Notes under the pieces: model-generated | What the model was told of the DNA's origin: nothing | The model's input: the letters and a program-made list of their open reading frames with translations, nothing else | The model's database searches: none | Source: Gammaproteobacteria bacterium | GTDB taxonomy: Bacteria; Pseudomonadota; Gammaproteobacteria; UBA4575 | Reading direction: 5' to 3' | Assembly: GCA_965222615.1 (NCBI GenBank) | Contig: CBDCUI010000008.1 | Coordinates: forward strand, 96,001-160,000 | Length of the DNA: 64,000 nt | Made by a program: the position numbers and the translations under genes | In this document: piece after piece, positions 1-10,329 of the stretch | Layout: the number at the start of each line of letters is the position of its first letter | Numbering within the stretch: the stretch's first letter is position 1

Positions 1-54
1 CAGTAATAGACGAGCTGTTTTTATACAGTATTTCCTTAAGAGAGTTGGACTTTT

Positions 55-642
55 ATGGAGAGCGTGGTGACATTTTCAGCACAGCATGCTGGTTTCACCC
101 TGATCGAATTAATGATTGTCGTTGTAGTATTGGCAATCTTTGTCGTAGTAGGTGTACCCAGTTTTCAAAACTTGATTGACGATAATCGTTTGGTAACACA
201 AGCGAATCGCTTAGTCATGTCTTTACAATTCGCACGTTCTGAAGCTCTTAAATTACGTACCACAGTATCAGTATGTAGGTCAGCAGATGGCGCAAGTTGT
301 GTAAATGATGGCGCACAAACCTGGGAAACTGGTTGGATTGTTTTTGTTGACGATAATCAGAACAGCTTAGCGGATGCAACGGATGGAAATGGCAATTTAG
401 ATGGTGGAGAAGCAACCATTATTCAAGCAGTCGGTGCTTTGAGTGTTGGTAATACGTTAAGAGCTGCTGCACCGATGAATAGGCACGTTACTTATTTACC
501 TTCGGGTTTACAAGATGCAGCGCAAGGTGATTTCCGACTCTGTAGTGGAATTAATCCCGATATAAATCGAGGAAGACAAATTTCCGTTTCGCCAACAGGT
601 CGTGTGCAAACAGCTAAAGGCGGACTAGCAGCATGTCCATAA
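55..642 (+). CDS. fimT: Type IV minor pilin, FimT/FimU (GspH-like)
   Basis: Prepilin motif G|FTLIELMIVVVVLAI, ARSEA and W..GWIVFVD motifs; first gene of the minor-pilin cluster. Confidence 0.88.
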   Translation: MESVVTFSAQHAGFTLIELMIVVVVLAIFVVVGVPSFQNLIDDNRLVTQANRLVMSLQFARSEALKLRTTVSVCRSADGASCVNDGAQTWETGWIVFVDDNQNSLADATDGNGNLDGGEATIIQAVGALSVGNTLRAAAPMNRHVTYLPSGLQDAAQGDFRLCSGINPDINRGRQISVSPTGRVQTAKGGLAACP

Positions 643-662
643 CTGGAATTTATTAACAGATT

Positions 663-1283
663 ATGAATCACGTTAAATTCAACGACAGTACGAGCACATG
701 TTTTGCTAACAAAAACATGTTGGGTTTGTCGTTGATTGAAATTTTAGTGACAGTACTAGTGCTATCGATTGGCTTGCTAGGTATAGCGGGAATGCAGGCC
801 TTTGGCATGCGTTATAACCATGACTCTTATGCACGTAGTCAAGCCACTACGATTGCCAATGAATTAATTGAAAGAATGCACGCCAATCCGGATGCGGTGA
901 GTAATGGTGATTATGAAGATGCAGATACGGCGTTAAATGGTGGTGCCAATTGCACCAATCTAGGCGATCCGTCTAATCCCGCTAATCCAGCACCTGCTTG
1001 TACTAGGACAAATGTTTGCACTGTCACTGAGCTTGCACAAGTTGACGTGTTTCGAATGGTATGTGGGCAATTTCTCGCAGGTCCCAATACATTGATCGGT
1101 GGAGTAACAAATTTACTCCCAAATGGAAGGCTTGCAATTACCTGTACCGATGCCGATGCGGGTGACGGCATTGCCTGTACCGGTGATAACACACGAATTA
1201 TTACGATTAGTTGGCAAGATCCAGATGACAAGGGAAATGTTAATTCCACTTTGCAAGTACAAATTAATGCAAGATTTTTATAA
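663..1283 (+). CDS. pilV: Type IV pilus modification protein PilV
   Basis: G|LSLIEILVTVLVLSIGLLGIAGMQ...RSQAT..A.ELIERMHAN; operon position. Confidence 0.92.
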   Translation: MNHVKFNDSTSTCFANKNMLGLSLIEILVTVLVLSIGLLGIAGMQAFGMRYNHDSYARSQATTIANELIERMHANPDAVSNGDYEDADTALNGGANCTNLGDPSNPANPAPACTRTNVCTVTELAQVDVFRMVCGQFLAGPNTLIGGVTNLLPNGRLAITCTDADAGDGIACTGDNTRIITISWQDPDDKGNVNSTLQVQINARFL

Positions 1284-1289
1284 AAGATT

Positions 1290-2003
1290 ATGAATGTATA
1301 TACGAAACAACATGGTCTGTCTTTAGTAGAACTAATGGTTGCTTTGGCATTGTCATTAGTTGTACTACTGATTACGACAGGAATGTATGTTAGTAATAAA
1401 CAAACTTATCGATTTCTAGATCAATATAGTTTGATACAAGAAAATGGTCGTTTTGCCATTTTCTTTTTACGCGAAAATATTTTACAAGCGGGGTACCCGC
1501 GTCAAGCAAATGTAAATGCGTTTCCTACTTTGCCTGTAAATAATGCTATCACAGCAGGTAGTGACAGCATCATTGTACAGTTTCGATCGACGGCGGATTG
1601 TGTTAATGCACCGACGCCATTGGTCCCTCCGATTACTGGAGATCCAACAGCAACTAATAGTTTTCAGATTGTCAATGGCCGTTTGCAATGTAATGGCCAA
1701 GACTTAGTAGACGGAATTCAAAATATGCAAGTGCAGTATGGGGTAGATACTGACAATGATGGTATAGCCAACTCCTACGCAGATTCTGATCAGGTGCAGG
1801 CGGGCATTGCAGGTGTATCATGGAATGAAGTAGTTTCGGTGCGAATAGCCATATTGGTACAAGGGCAAGCCAATACTCTCGATCAGGCACAAGCAATTAC
1901 TTATAACTTGCTTGACCAATCGACTCAGATTACTGACACCACACCGCGACGTGTATTCACTACCACTATTCCTTTACGTAACCGAAACAAGTCAATTATT
2001 TAG
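1290..2003 (+). CDS. pilW: Type IV minor pilin PilW
   Basis: G|LSLVELMVAL, QENGRFA, LVDGIQNMQVQYGVD, VVSVRIAIL and TTTIPLRN motifs. Confidence 0.92.
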   Translation: MNVYTKQHGLSLVELMVALALSLVVLLITTGMYVSNKQTYRFLDQYSLIQENGRFAIFFLRENILQAGYPRQANVNAFPTLPVNNAITAGSDSIIVQFRSTADCVNAPTPLVPPITGDPTATNSFQIVNGRLQCNGQDLVDGIQNMQVQYGVDTDNDGIANSYADSDQVQAGIAGVSWNEVVSVRIAILVQGQANTLDQAQAITYNLLDQSTQITDTTPRRVFTTTIPLRNRNKSII

Positions 2004-2016
2004 TGAGGCTGAAGAT

Positions 2017-2538
2017 ATGAACACACATCAACAACAGCGTGGATTTGTATTAGTCGTTGGTTTATTGATGCTATTGGTAATTACCATTGTAGGAGTTACT
2101 GCAATGAGTGGCACGACTTCCAATGAGCGTATGACTGCGAACAATCAGTTTCAAACCTTAAGTTTTCAAGCTGCAGAATCTGCGATTCACGATGTGTTTA
2201 ATCCGACTGCAGTCACGCCATCCATTAATGCATATACGGCTACAACGCCTCCTGGATCATTAGCCGCATCTACTAATTATGACGTGAATGTGAGTGGTGG
2301 CAATAATGTAGCAGTAACGGCTGATTCAGATATTCAGTTTTGTGGTGAAGAACAGTCAGTGGGGTTTCAATATTGCAATGGCTTAGATCCATGTAATTTA
2401 GACCGTGTATATGATGTTGAGGGAACCGGTACGGTTGCCACATTAGGTACACAAGAGCGGCATTTACGTCGAGGTGCACAGTTTATTACAGGCATAGGTA
2501 TAAAATTTGATACAACTGTTTGTCAACAAGTGCAGTAG
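2017..2538 (+). CDS. pilX: Type IV minor pilin PilX
   Basis: QQRG|FVLVVGLLMLLVITIVG (no Glu5, typical of PilX) and FQAAESA; start moved to ATG 2017 after GAGG to avoid overlapping pilW. Confidence 0.9.
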   Translation: MNTHQQQRGFVLVVGLLMLLVITIVGVTAMSGTTSNERMTANNQFQTLSFQAAESAIHDVFNPTAVTPSINAYTATTPPGSLAASTNYDVNVSGGNNVAVTADSDIQFCGEEQSVGFQYCNGLDPCNLDRVYDVEGTGTVATLGTQERHLRRGAQFITGIGIKFDTTVCQQVQ

Positions 2539-2585
2539 ACCGAAAAGGAATTTAGTTTAATTTAAATAGTAAAGAGTTGGAAATT

Positions 2586-5500
2586 ATGAAAACACTATTA
2601 AGGAAGTTTAGTTTAAGTCTTTCAATATCATCACTGATATTTATCTCTAGTTTTACGCAAGGACTAGCAGACGATATTGAAATTTATAATCGTACACAAA
2701 CAATACCCAATGTATTATTTGTAATTGATGCATCAGGCAGCATGAATGACCCTGCGGGTAGCGGTGGGTCATCTCGTTTAGATGTTGTTAAAAGTGCTTT
2801 TGGCAGCATATTAAGCCAACCATACTCATTATTGAATGTAGGATTTATGGATTTTAGAAGCTGGACGGGTAGCGGTGTCGATTTGCCGGTTGCCGATGTA
2901 AATCAACTTGCTAATAATGTTGAGCCTGGAGTGACTAGTTCGACTGAGACTTACGCAGAGCTACTAACACGTAGCACAAATGCGCTAAGTGCAAGTGGTG
3001 ATACTCCTACAGTAGAAGCTCTATATGAAGCAGCTTTATATTTTCGTGGTGCCGAACCACATGAAGGGGATCGTGATGACCCACACACAAGTTGGAACAA
3101 TTCAACTGCCAAATATCAGGGAGGTCATTGGACTTCTGCGGGTCTACGCACCTATGAAAACGGAACCATCGTTACTCAAAACGGATGGTGGTGTTTAAAT
3201 GAGCCGTGGTTTTCTGGTTCAGATTATGGCGAGTGTGGCAGCCAGTCTATAGATACTTCAACCTGTGAAAATTATACAGATCAGCGTTGTACTGGCTCAT
3301 ATGTCTGTAATGGTGGAACCACCTCAGAAGGGAATTGTCCAGGGGGTTGGACGTGTTCTGGAAGTTTAATCAGTGAAACACATGAGCGTTGTAGGCTTAT
3401 TGAGCAACGTTTGGTAGGTTCAAACTATGTAACGCCCATTCAGTCAGCTTGTACGGAAAATTACATTGTGTTGTTGTCCGATGGCATTCCAACTGAAGAT
3501 GATTATTGGACTGATCAAGGTATTAAAACGCTGACTGGAAAATCTACCTGTGATGATTTGGGTGCACTGGGAATTACAGATACAACGATTATAGATAAAG
3601 GTGCATGTGGCGTTGATTTATTAAAGTATTTAAACACAGTAGATCAAAGCTCAAGTACTGCTGGTACCAATCAACCAGGTAATCAGTTTATCACTACTCA
3701 CACCATTGGTTTTCAGCTTGGTGCAACTTCAGAAGGTAAAAAATATTTAGATGAGTTAGCCAAAGCTGGTGGGGGTAATTTTTATAATGCAGGTGATCCA
3801 TCTTCTTTGGTAACCGCTTTACAAAACATCGTTGGGAGTATCGCACAAAAACCTCGTACGATTGCACGCGTGGCTAACACACTGGATTTAAGTAACCTTT
3901 CACAAAGTCGCAATGAGCTTTACATGCCATTGTTTACTCCAGAGCCTAATCAACCGCGTTGGCCAGGAAATTTAAAGGGTTATATGTTGGACCCTATAAG
4001 TTTTTCAGTTGGTTTAGATGGTAACGCAACATTTTTAGCAAACGGAGATTTTAATTCTGCAACACGCAGCTTTTGGTCTATTACTGCAGATGGTGGTAAT
4101 GTTGGTGCTGGTGGAGCAGCAGGCCAACTCAATCCAGGTACAAGAACTGTAAAAACAGATGATGGGCCTGGAACATCACGTAGCTTTCAAGACTTATCTT
4201 CATCAAATACTACTTTGACAAGTGATCCAGCATTATTTGGATTACCGGGCACAACCTCTACAGCTGCTATGCAAGCTCATATCGAGTGGGCACGAGGTGT
4301 AGATGTCGACGATGAAGATGGTGATGGCAGCAACACCGATGCACGCAATTTTATCGGTGATGCCTTACACACGAATCCAATTGTTGCTAACTATGATGGT
4401 TCATATACTGATCCGGCATTAGGCGGCCCCATCGATCGAGTTGTGTATTTCATGACAAACGAAGGCTTTGTGCATGCGATTAATGTAACCGGTAATACAT
4501 CGACAAGTGGGGGTACAGAATTGTTTGCCTACATGCCTAGTGAGTTGTTAGACAACATAGATCCATTACGAAGAAATGTTGGTGGAGATCCAAAAGTGTA
4601 TGGTTTAGACGGGCCACTCACATTACATCAAGTGGGTGGACTCATTAATGTTAGTGGGCCTAAATATTTATACTTTGGTATGCGTCGTGGCGGCATGAAT
4701 TATTACGCCTTAAATGTAACAGACCCGACGAGCCCCTCCCTCATGTGGGTAATCGAGGGTGGTAGTGGCGATTTCCAAGAAATGGGTCAATCTTGGTCTA
4801 AGCCAATTACTGCTAAGGTGAGACACGATGGCATGGATAAATTAGCGTTGGTAATCGGTGGTGGTTATGACACCACGCAAGATTCAGCCGCCACATACAC
4901 TGCAGACACAAAAGGGCGCGCAGTGTATATCGTAGATGCGGAGACTGGCCAGAAACTTTGGTCTGTAGGTACGAATTCGATCTCAAATCCGAGTCCGGAT
5001 TTACATGATTTAAAACTAGCAATGGAGAATGGTATCGCGGGAGATGTATCCGTAATCGATCTCAATAACGATAAGGTAGCCGACCGACTTTACTTTGGTG
5101 ATACAGGTGGACATGTTTGGCGAGTAGATTTTCATGGTGATTTGAAAACAGGTTCAGCTGGTCCATCTAACGACTATTCAGGTTATTTATTTGCAGATCT
5201 GAATGGTAGTGCAGTGAATGACAATCGACGTTTCTTCACACGACCAGTTGTTGCTTTGACTACCAATGGTAAGTTGGCAGTTACATTTGGTTCTGGCCAT
5301 CGATCGCATCCATTAGATCCAGCAGTTGAGGATCGTTTTTATACTATCTATGATCCAAACATCAATGCTGCACCAAGTAGCCCACCCAGTGCAGTTACTG
5401 AAAGTAATTTGCAAAATATTACTAATTTCACAACGGGCTATACAGATACTTCGAAGACGGGTTGGTTAATACAACTGGGGACAGGTGAAAAAGTATTTAA

Positions 5501-5813
5501 TGAAGCTACGATTGCTAATAGCCAAGTCTTTTTTACAACGTACTTCCCACCTGCAACGATTTGTAACAACGATCCAAATGGCGCCCACTTTTTCGTAGTA
5601 GATCTTGAAGGTAGGGCCACCCAAGATCTTGACGGCAACCCTGGAAACGGTCATGAAGCGTATGTCACGATTAATACTCACGGTATACTTCCAGGTATTG
5701 AATTGATCCATACTAACAAAGAGACAGTAGGTGTATTTCCTCCAGAAAAGAAAAAAATATTGCCGAAAGGTGGGCTTAGAGATCGCTTCTGGACTAATAC
5801 TCCTCCTCCATAA
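2586..5813 (+). CDS. pilY1: Type IV pilus tip adhesin PilY1 (vWA domain, Cys-rich insert, beta-propeller)
   Basis: Signal peptide, DDIEIY, vWA MIDAS DASGSM, LLSDG, YFGMRRGG, GQSWSKP, Ca-binding-type loop DLNNDKVAD, FGSG. Confidence 0.93.
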   Translation: MKTLLRKFSLSLSISSLIFISSFTQGLADDIEIYNRTQTIPNVLFVIDASGSMNDPAGSGGSSRLDVVKSAFGSILSQPYSLLNVGFMDFRSWTGSGVDLPVADVNQLANNVEPGVTSSTETYAELLTRSTNALSASGDTPTVEALYEAALYFRGAEPHEGDRDDPHTSWNNSTAKYQGGHWTSAGLRTYENGTIVTQNGWWCLNEPWFSGSDYGECGSQSIDTSTCENYTDQRCTGSYVCNGGTTSEGNCPGGWTCSGSLISETHERCRLIEQRLVGSNYVTPIQSACTENYIVLLSDGIPTEDDYWTDQGIKTLTGKSTCDDLGALGITDTTIIDKGACGVDLLKYLNTVDQSSSTAGTNQPGNQFITTHTIGFQLGATSEGKKYLDELAKAGGGNFYNAGDPSSLVTALQNIVGSIAQKPRTIARVANTLDLSNLSQSRNELYMPLFTPEPNQPRWPGNLKGYMLDPISFSVGLDGNATFLANGDFNSATRSFWSITADGGNVGAGGAAGQLNPGTRTVKTDDGPGTSRSFQDLSSSNTTLTSDPALFGLPGTTSTAAMQAHIEWARGVDVDDEDGDGSNTDARNFIGDALHTNPIVANYDGSYTDPALGGPIDRVVYFMTNEGFVHAINVTGNTSTSGGTELFAYMPSELLDNIDPLRRNVGGDPKVYGLDGPLTLHQVGGLINVSGPKYLYFGMRRGGMNYYALNVTDPTSPSLMWVIEGGSGDFQEMGQSWSKPITAKVRHDGMDKLALVIGGGYDTTQDSAATYTADTKGRAVYIVDAETGQKLWSVGTNSISNPSPDLHDLKLAMENGIAGDVSVIDLNNDKVADRLYFGDTGGHVWRVDFHGDLKTGSAGPSNDYSGYLFADLNGSAVNDNRRFFTRPVVALTTNGKLAVTFGSGHRSHPLDPAVEDRFYTIYDPNINAAPSSPPSAVTESNLQNITNFTTGYTDTSKTGWLIQLGTGEKVFNEATIANSQVFFTTYFPPATICNNDPNGAHFFVVDLEGRATQDLDGNPGNGHEAYVTINTHGILPGIELIHTNKETVGVFPPEKKKILPKGGLRDRFWTNTPPP

Positions 5814-5833
5814 GTATAGATTTATACCTAAAC

Positions 5834-5865
5834 AAAAAACGCCGCAGTTATTGCGGCGTTTTTTT
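5834..5865. terminator. Bidirectional intrinsic terminator
   Basis: aaaaaacgccgca-gttat-tgcggcgttttttt between convergent genes. Confidence 0.9.
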
Positions 5866-5885
5866 ATGCGAGCTTGAAAACCAGA

Positions 5886-6542
5886 TTAATTATATTTTTT
5901 GGCATATTCTTCATAAGAGCCATGAAAACCCTGATGCTCTTCTTTATTAAATGGGGTTTCTTCAGAGTTAGATAGAGGTGTTTGTTTACCGTCGCCAAAT
6001 TTTGCAAGATAACCATCAATCGAACCATGATAGGCATCACTATCACTTTTGTCTGAACTTGAAGATTTCCTTTCAGCTTTTGTTGTGTACTCCTCCATCG
6101 TCATGGAAGAAGCCGAAGCATGACCTGATGATGCTTGTTTAGTTGATGCTGTTTGCGTGCTTTGTCCAAGGTAGTCTTCAATTGAGCCTGAGAATCCTTG
6201 ATGATCTTTGACAGCAGCTTCTAGTTGCTTATTACGCTTTGTCGTTAATTGTGCAAGATAATCGTCGATTGAACCTGAGAAGCCCTTATGGTTAGTACTA
6301 TTATCTTTAGCTGTAGTTTTGTTACTAGATTTTTTTTCAGTAGATTGAGTCGATTGTTTGGCTTGGTAATTGGACGACTTGTTAGTCGTTGGAGATGTAT
6401 CGTTACTAGCTTGTTTGTTTGCAGTAGTTTTAGTGGGTTCTTGACTTTGTCTACTGCAGCCATTGATAAAAAATGCGGCTAGTACCGCAAGGATTACGAT
6501 CCCGACTAAAGGCCAAAAATATTTTTCATGTAGTGCGGCCAT
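5886..6542 (-). CDS. Hypothetical membrane-anchored protein or lipoprotein with repeated GF[SH]GS[IY][DE][DE]Y motifs
   Basis: N-terminal hydrophobic helix ending INGC, S/T/K-rich linkers, four motif copies; GAGG RBS. Confidence 0.75.
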   Translation of the reverse strand: MAALHEKYFWPLVGIVILAVLAAFFINGCSRQSQEPTKTTANKQASNDTSPTTNKSSNYQAKQSTQSTEKKSSNKTTAKDNSTNHKGFSGSIDDYLAQLTTKRNKQLEAAVKDHQGFSGSIEDYLGQSTQTASTKQASSGHASASSMTMEEYTTKAERKSSSSDKSDSDAYHGSIDGYLAKFGDGKQTPLSNSEETPFNKEEHQGFHGSYEEYAKKYN

Positions 6543-6682
6543 TGTAGTTACCTCGTTATGGTTTTAGGTAATAATTATTATGAGCTATTTTACGTAATTG
6601 TAGATCTTTATGCATGTGATCGATAGCTTATGCCTTAAAATTATTCTAGTTATTTATACATGCAATCATTAAAAAAAATGAA

Positions 6683-7753
6683 ATGACACGTCAGATCATA
6701 CATATTGACATGGATGCATTCTATGCTGCGGTGGAACAAAGAGATTTTCCACAATATCGCAATAAACCCTTGATCGTGGGTGGAGATCCCGCCGCTCGTG
6801 GTGTGGTGGCAACCTGCAGTTACGAGGCGCGAAAATTCGGTATTCATTCGGCCATGCCTTGTGCCCATGCCTTACGTTTGTGCCCACAAGCCATATTTGT
6901 GCGACCGCGATTTGAAATCTATCGCCAAATTTCACAACAAATACGCCAAATTATGTACCGTTATACAAATGTAATAGAGCCACTATCACTAGATGAAGCC
7001 TATCTTGATGTGACTCAATGTAAACGCCGTGTAGGTTCCCCCACATTAATCGCTAAAACTATAAAAACAGAAATATTTGAACGTACACGATTAAGCGCAT
7101 CGGCAGGAATTTCCTACAATAAATTTTTGGCTAAAATCGCCTCGGATTTGGATAAGCCTGATGGGCTTACCTTGATCACGGAAAAACAAGGGCCAGATTT
7201 TGTAAAACAATTACCCATTGATAAGTTTTATGGAATCGGTCCCGCGATCGCAGCCAAAATGCAAAATTTAGGGATCTACACAGGTGAGGATTTATTGGCT
7301 TGGTCCATAGAAGAACTGAAACCCTTTTTTGGGAAAGCCAGTCACTACTATTATTACGCGGCACGCGGCATCGATGAGCGTGAGGTACAAAGCCATCGCG
7401 AGCGTAAATCCATTGGTTCTGAAAAAACTTTTCACGAGGACATAGTGGACCCCAACGTTATGTTGACTAAATTGCAGCATCTAGCTGGTGAGGTGTGGGA
7501 AGAGATGCAGGTAAAAGAAGTTACGGCTAAAACCGTTACTGTCAAAGTAAAGTTTGATAACTTTGTGCAGGTGACCCGCGCCAAGTCAGTGAGTCATAAC
7601 ATTACTTCATTGGAAAATATTACTGCGCATTTACAGGAATTGCTGACTAAAGCAGAGGTGCACAACCGACGCGTACGCTTATTAGGGGTGACAGTGTCTA
7701 ATTTGGAAGCCCTAAAAAGTTTAAAAAAGGAGCAACAATTAAGTCTGCTTTAG
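6683..7753 (+). CDS. dinB: DNA polymerase IV
   Basis: HIDMDAFYAAVE, SYEARKFG, SLDEAYLD, NKFLAKIASD..KPDG, RLLGV. Confidence 0.97.
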   Translation: MTRQIIHIDMDAFYAAVEQRDFPQYRNKPLIVGGDPAARGVVATCSYEARKFGIHSAMPCAHALRLCPQAIFVRPRFEIYRQISQQIRQIMYRYTNVIEPLSLDEAYLDVTQCKRRVGSPTLIAKTIKTEIFERTRLSASAGISYNKFLAKIASDLDKPDGLTLITEKQGPDFVKQLPIDKFYGIGPAIAAKMQNLGIYTGEDLLAWSIEELKPFFGKASHYYYYAARGIDEREVQSHRERKSIGSEKTFHEDIVDPNVMLTKLQHLAGEVWEEMQVKEVTAKTVTVKVKFDNFVQVTRAKSVSHNITSLENITAHLQELLTKAEVHNRRVRLLGVTVSNLEALKSLKKEQQLSLL

Positions 7754-7993
7754 GATCCAATTTAAACCATATACCATATAAAAATCCCCATTATTTTGTT
7801 CGAACTAAAGCACTTTATATGATTGAATTTACACAAACTAAATCCCTTATATTTTATAGTCTTATTTCTCAATTTTTGGTATGGCAGTTGAGTTGTAGAG
7901 TGCGAAACCTTGTAGTAATGTCTACTTAAAAGGAAGTGACTATTTAGCAAGTCATATCACACGCTCTATATCATAGAGTTGCGGAGGAAACCT

Positions 7994-10288
7994 ATGCAGA
8001 CCGACAAGATTAAAGCGCCCAAAGGGCATTCCGTTCACCACGTTACATGTCCCCATGATTGTCCAGACTCATGTTCGATGTTAGTTACGCGAGATGATGA
8101 GACAGGTAAGGCGGTACGTGTACAAGGGGATCCTACCCATCCTATCACTCGTGGATACTTATGTAATAAGGTGAATCACTATCTTGATCTGGTTTATAAC
8201 GAAAATCGTGTGCTGTACCCACACAAACGTGTTGGACCCAAAGGCCCTGGCGCAAAGTTCGAACGTATCACTTGGGATGAGGCCTTAGATACGATTACCG
8301 ACAATTTCAAAAGTGTAATCGCAGAATACGGCAGCGAGGCCGTACAACCATATTCATACTCCGGCACCATGGGCATGGTGGGCTATTGGACCATGGATTA
8401 TCGCTTTTGGAACAAGATGCAAGCGGCAGGATTGATTCAATCGATCTGCATTTATGCGGCAATGTGGGCCGATTTACATACATACGGGCTTGCACATCCC
8501 AATATGTCTGTACATGAAGCCGCCGAAGAAGCGGATCTTATGATTTTGTGGGGTGCCAACCTTGTCAGTACGGGCGTACACGCCATTCCATTTATTCGTG
8601 AAGCTAAAGAGCGTGGTATGAAATTGATCGTCATCGATCCACGAGTAACTCGCACTACCATGATGGCGGATTGGCATATTCAACCTAAGCCTGGAACCGA
8701 TGCCGCACTGGCATTGGGTATGATGAAAGTGATTGTGGATAATAATCTACACGATCTTGATTTTCTAAAAGAACAAACTAATGGTTGGGAAGCGCTATTG
8801 GAGACCAAACTTCCTGATTATCCACTCGATAAAGTTTCTAAGATTACCGGGGTACCGGCTGCAGAAATTGAAAAGCTCGCATTGGAATATGCCTCTACCA
8901 AGAAATCATGTATTCGCGCAAACTACGGATTAAATCGTCACCAGAACGCCGGCCAAATGTGCAGAGCGGTTTTAATTCTTCCATGTATAACCGGAGCTTT
9001 GCGTGAACCATGTGGTGGTGCAAGTTTTGGCACCTTGAATGAGATGTGGTTTCGTTGTATGAGCGATGCATTGCATCGTCCTGATCTAGGAGAACGCAAG
9101 CGCGCCATCAATATGGTACAAATTGGTCGAGCCCTTGCGGATGACATCGATGCCGATGGCAATAAAATGGATCCACCAATTAAGAGTATTTTCATTTACA
9201 ACTCGGATCCCGCCAATTGTGCGCCGAACACAAACAATGTGCGTAAAGGTTTAATGCGCGATGATCTATTTGTAGCAGTGCATGAGACCATGTGGACCGA
9301 CACTTGCCAGTACGCCGATATTGTAATCCCTGCCGACACCCAGTTGGAACGTATGGATATGGTCGCAACTTATGGCAATTGGTATTTCACTATGAATGAG
9401 CCTGTCATCGAGCCGCTTGGGGAAAGCGTTCGAAACTCAGAGTTATTTCGAATGTTAGCGCAGAAGATGGGTTATGTTGAAGAAGGTGATAATGCCTTTA
9501 CACAAACCGATGAAGAAATTATTCGTGACATTTTATGTGATGAAGGTAAGTCTAATTTATTGATGGAAGGTATTAAGTACGAGGATTTCGAAAATAAGGG
9601 TTTTGTTCGTGCTAATACGGGTACGGATAGCAGAGATTTCATGAAGAATGGTTGGCCAACCCCTTCAGGAAAAATTGATATTTGGTGCGAAGCCTTAAAA
9701 GAGGAGGGTGTTGATCCTTTACCTACTTATGTACCGGAAATTGAAGGTCAAGAAGATCCTAAACGTGAGAAATACCCACTACAGATTTTAAGTAGTGCAT
9801 CGCATTACTTTATTGGAGATTCGTTTCAAACCGTGCCACGTTTACAGGCGATGATGTCCAGACCGACAGTAGAATTAAATCCAAATGAAGCCAAGGCTCG
9901 CGGGATTGAAGATGGTGACCTATGTCGTTTATACAATGATCGTGGGGAAACTTACGCCTATGCAGTGATAATTGATGGTCTTTTAGATGGTATTTGTTCT
10001 ACGCAAAAACAATTTAAGGGAAGTAATACACCTAGTGGCGTTAATGTAAATGCATTAAATACGGAAATGTTAACGGATTTTGGAACCAGCCCAACTTTTT
10101 ACTCAGTACTTTGTGAAATTGAAAAAGCCAGTGACGAAATGCGTAAACAAACATTGTTAAAAGAATGGGGTGGCAAAGAGGGCTACATCAAAAAGTGGCG
10201 GGAAGATCCACTTAACCAGGAAGTTAAAGCAAGTGATGATGAAATATTGGCATTTGCTGAGGAAAAACATCCTGGAATATTCAGTTAA
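7994..10288 (+). CDS. Cytoplasmic bis-MGD molybdopterin oxidoreductase (DMSO reductase superfamily, CPHDCPD-type)
   Basis: N-terminal 4Fe-4S motif CPHDCPDSC...CNK, WGAN, DPR.T.T, PGTDAALA, YADIVIPA, TPSGK; no signal peptide; GGAGG RBS before ATG 7994. Confidence 0.9.
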   Translation: MQTDKIKAPKGHSVHHVTCPHDCPDSCSMLVTRDDETGKAVRVQGDPTHPITRGYLCNKVNHYLDLVYNENRVLYPHKRVGPKGPGAKFERITWDEALDTITDNFKSVIAEYGSEAVQPYSYSGTMGMVGYWTMDYRFWNKMQAAGLIQSICIYAAMWADLHTYGLAHPNMSVHEAAEEADLMILWGANLVSTGVHAIPFIREAKERGMKLIVIDPRVTRTTMMADWHIQPKPGTDAALALGMMKVIVDNNLHDLDFLKEQTNGWEALLETKLPDYPLDKVSKITGVPAAEIEKLALEYASTKKSCIRANYGLNRHQNAGQMCRAVLILPCITGALREPCGGASFGTLNEMWFRCMSDALHRPDLGERKRAINMVQIGRALADDIDADGNKMDPPIKSIFIYNSDPANCAPNTNNVRKGLMRDDLFVAVHETMWTDTCQYADIVIPADTQLERMDMVATYGNWYFTMNEPVIEPLGESVRNSELFRMLAQKMGYVEEGDNAFTQTDEEIIRDILCDEGKSNLLMEGIKYEDFENKGFVRANTGTDSRDFMKNGWPTPSGKIDIWCEALKEEGVDPLPTYVPEIEGQEDPKREKYPLQILSSASHYFIGDSFQTVPRLQAMMSRPTVELNPNEAKARGIEDGDLCRLYNDRGETYAYAVIIDGLLDGICSTQKQFKGSNTPSGVNVNALNTEMLTDFGTSPTFYSVLCEIEKASDEMRKQTLLKEWGGKEGYIKKWREDPLNQEVKASDDEILAFAEEKHPGIFS

Positions 10289-10329
10289 GGGTCACACTTA
10301 AAGGCTAAGAAGAGAGGAGAAAAAAACAA

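Noticed and set aside
15-28. LexA/SOS-box-like ctgtttttatacag upstream of fimT
   Set aside because: CTG-N8-CAG is two bases shorter than the CTG-N10-CAG consensus
6646-6661. SOS box upstream of dinB (ctagttatttatacat)
   Set aside because: Both conserved triplets are mismatched; cannot be supported
7979-7993. Twin-arginine signal (MRRKP) on the Mo enzyme
   Set aside because: These codons are the GGAGG RBS of ATG 7994, and no hydrophobic region follows
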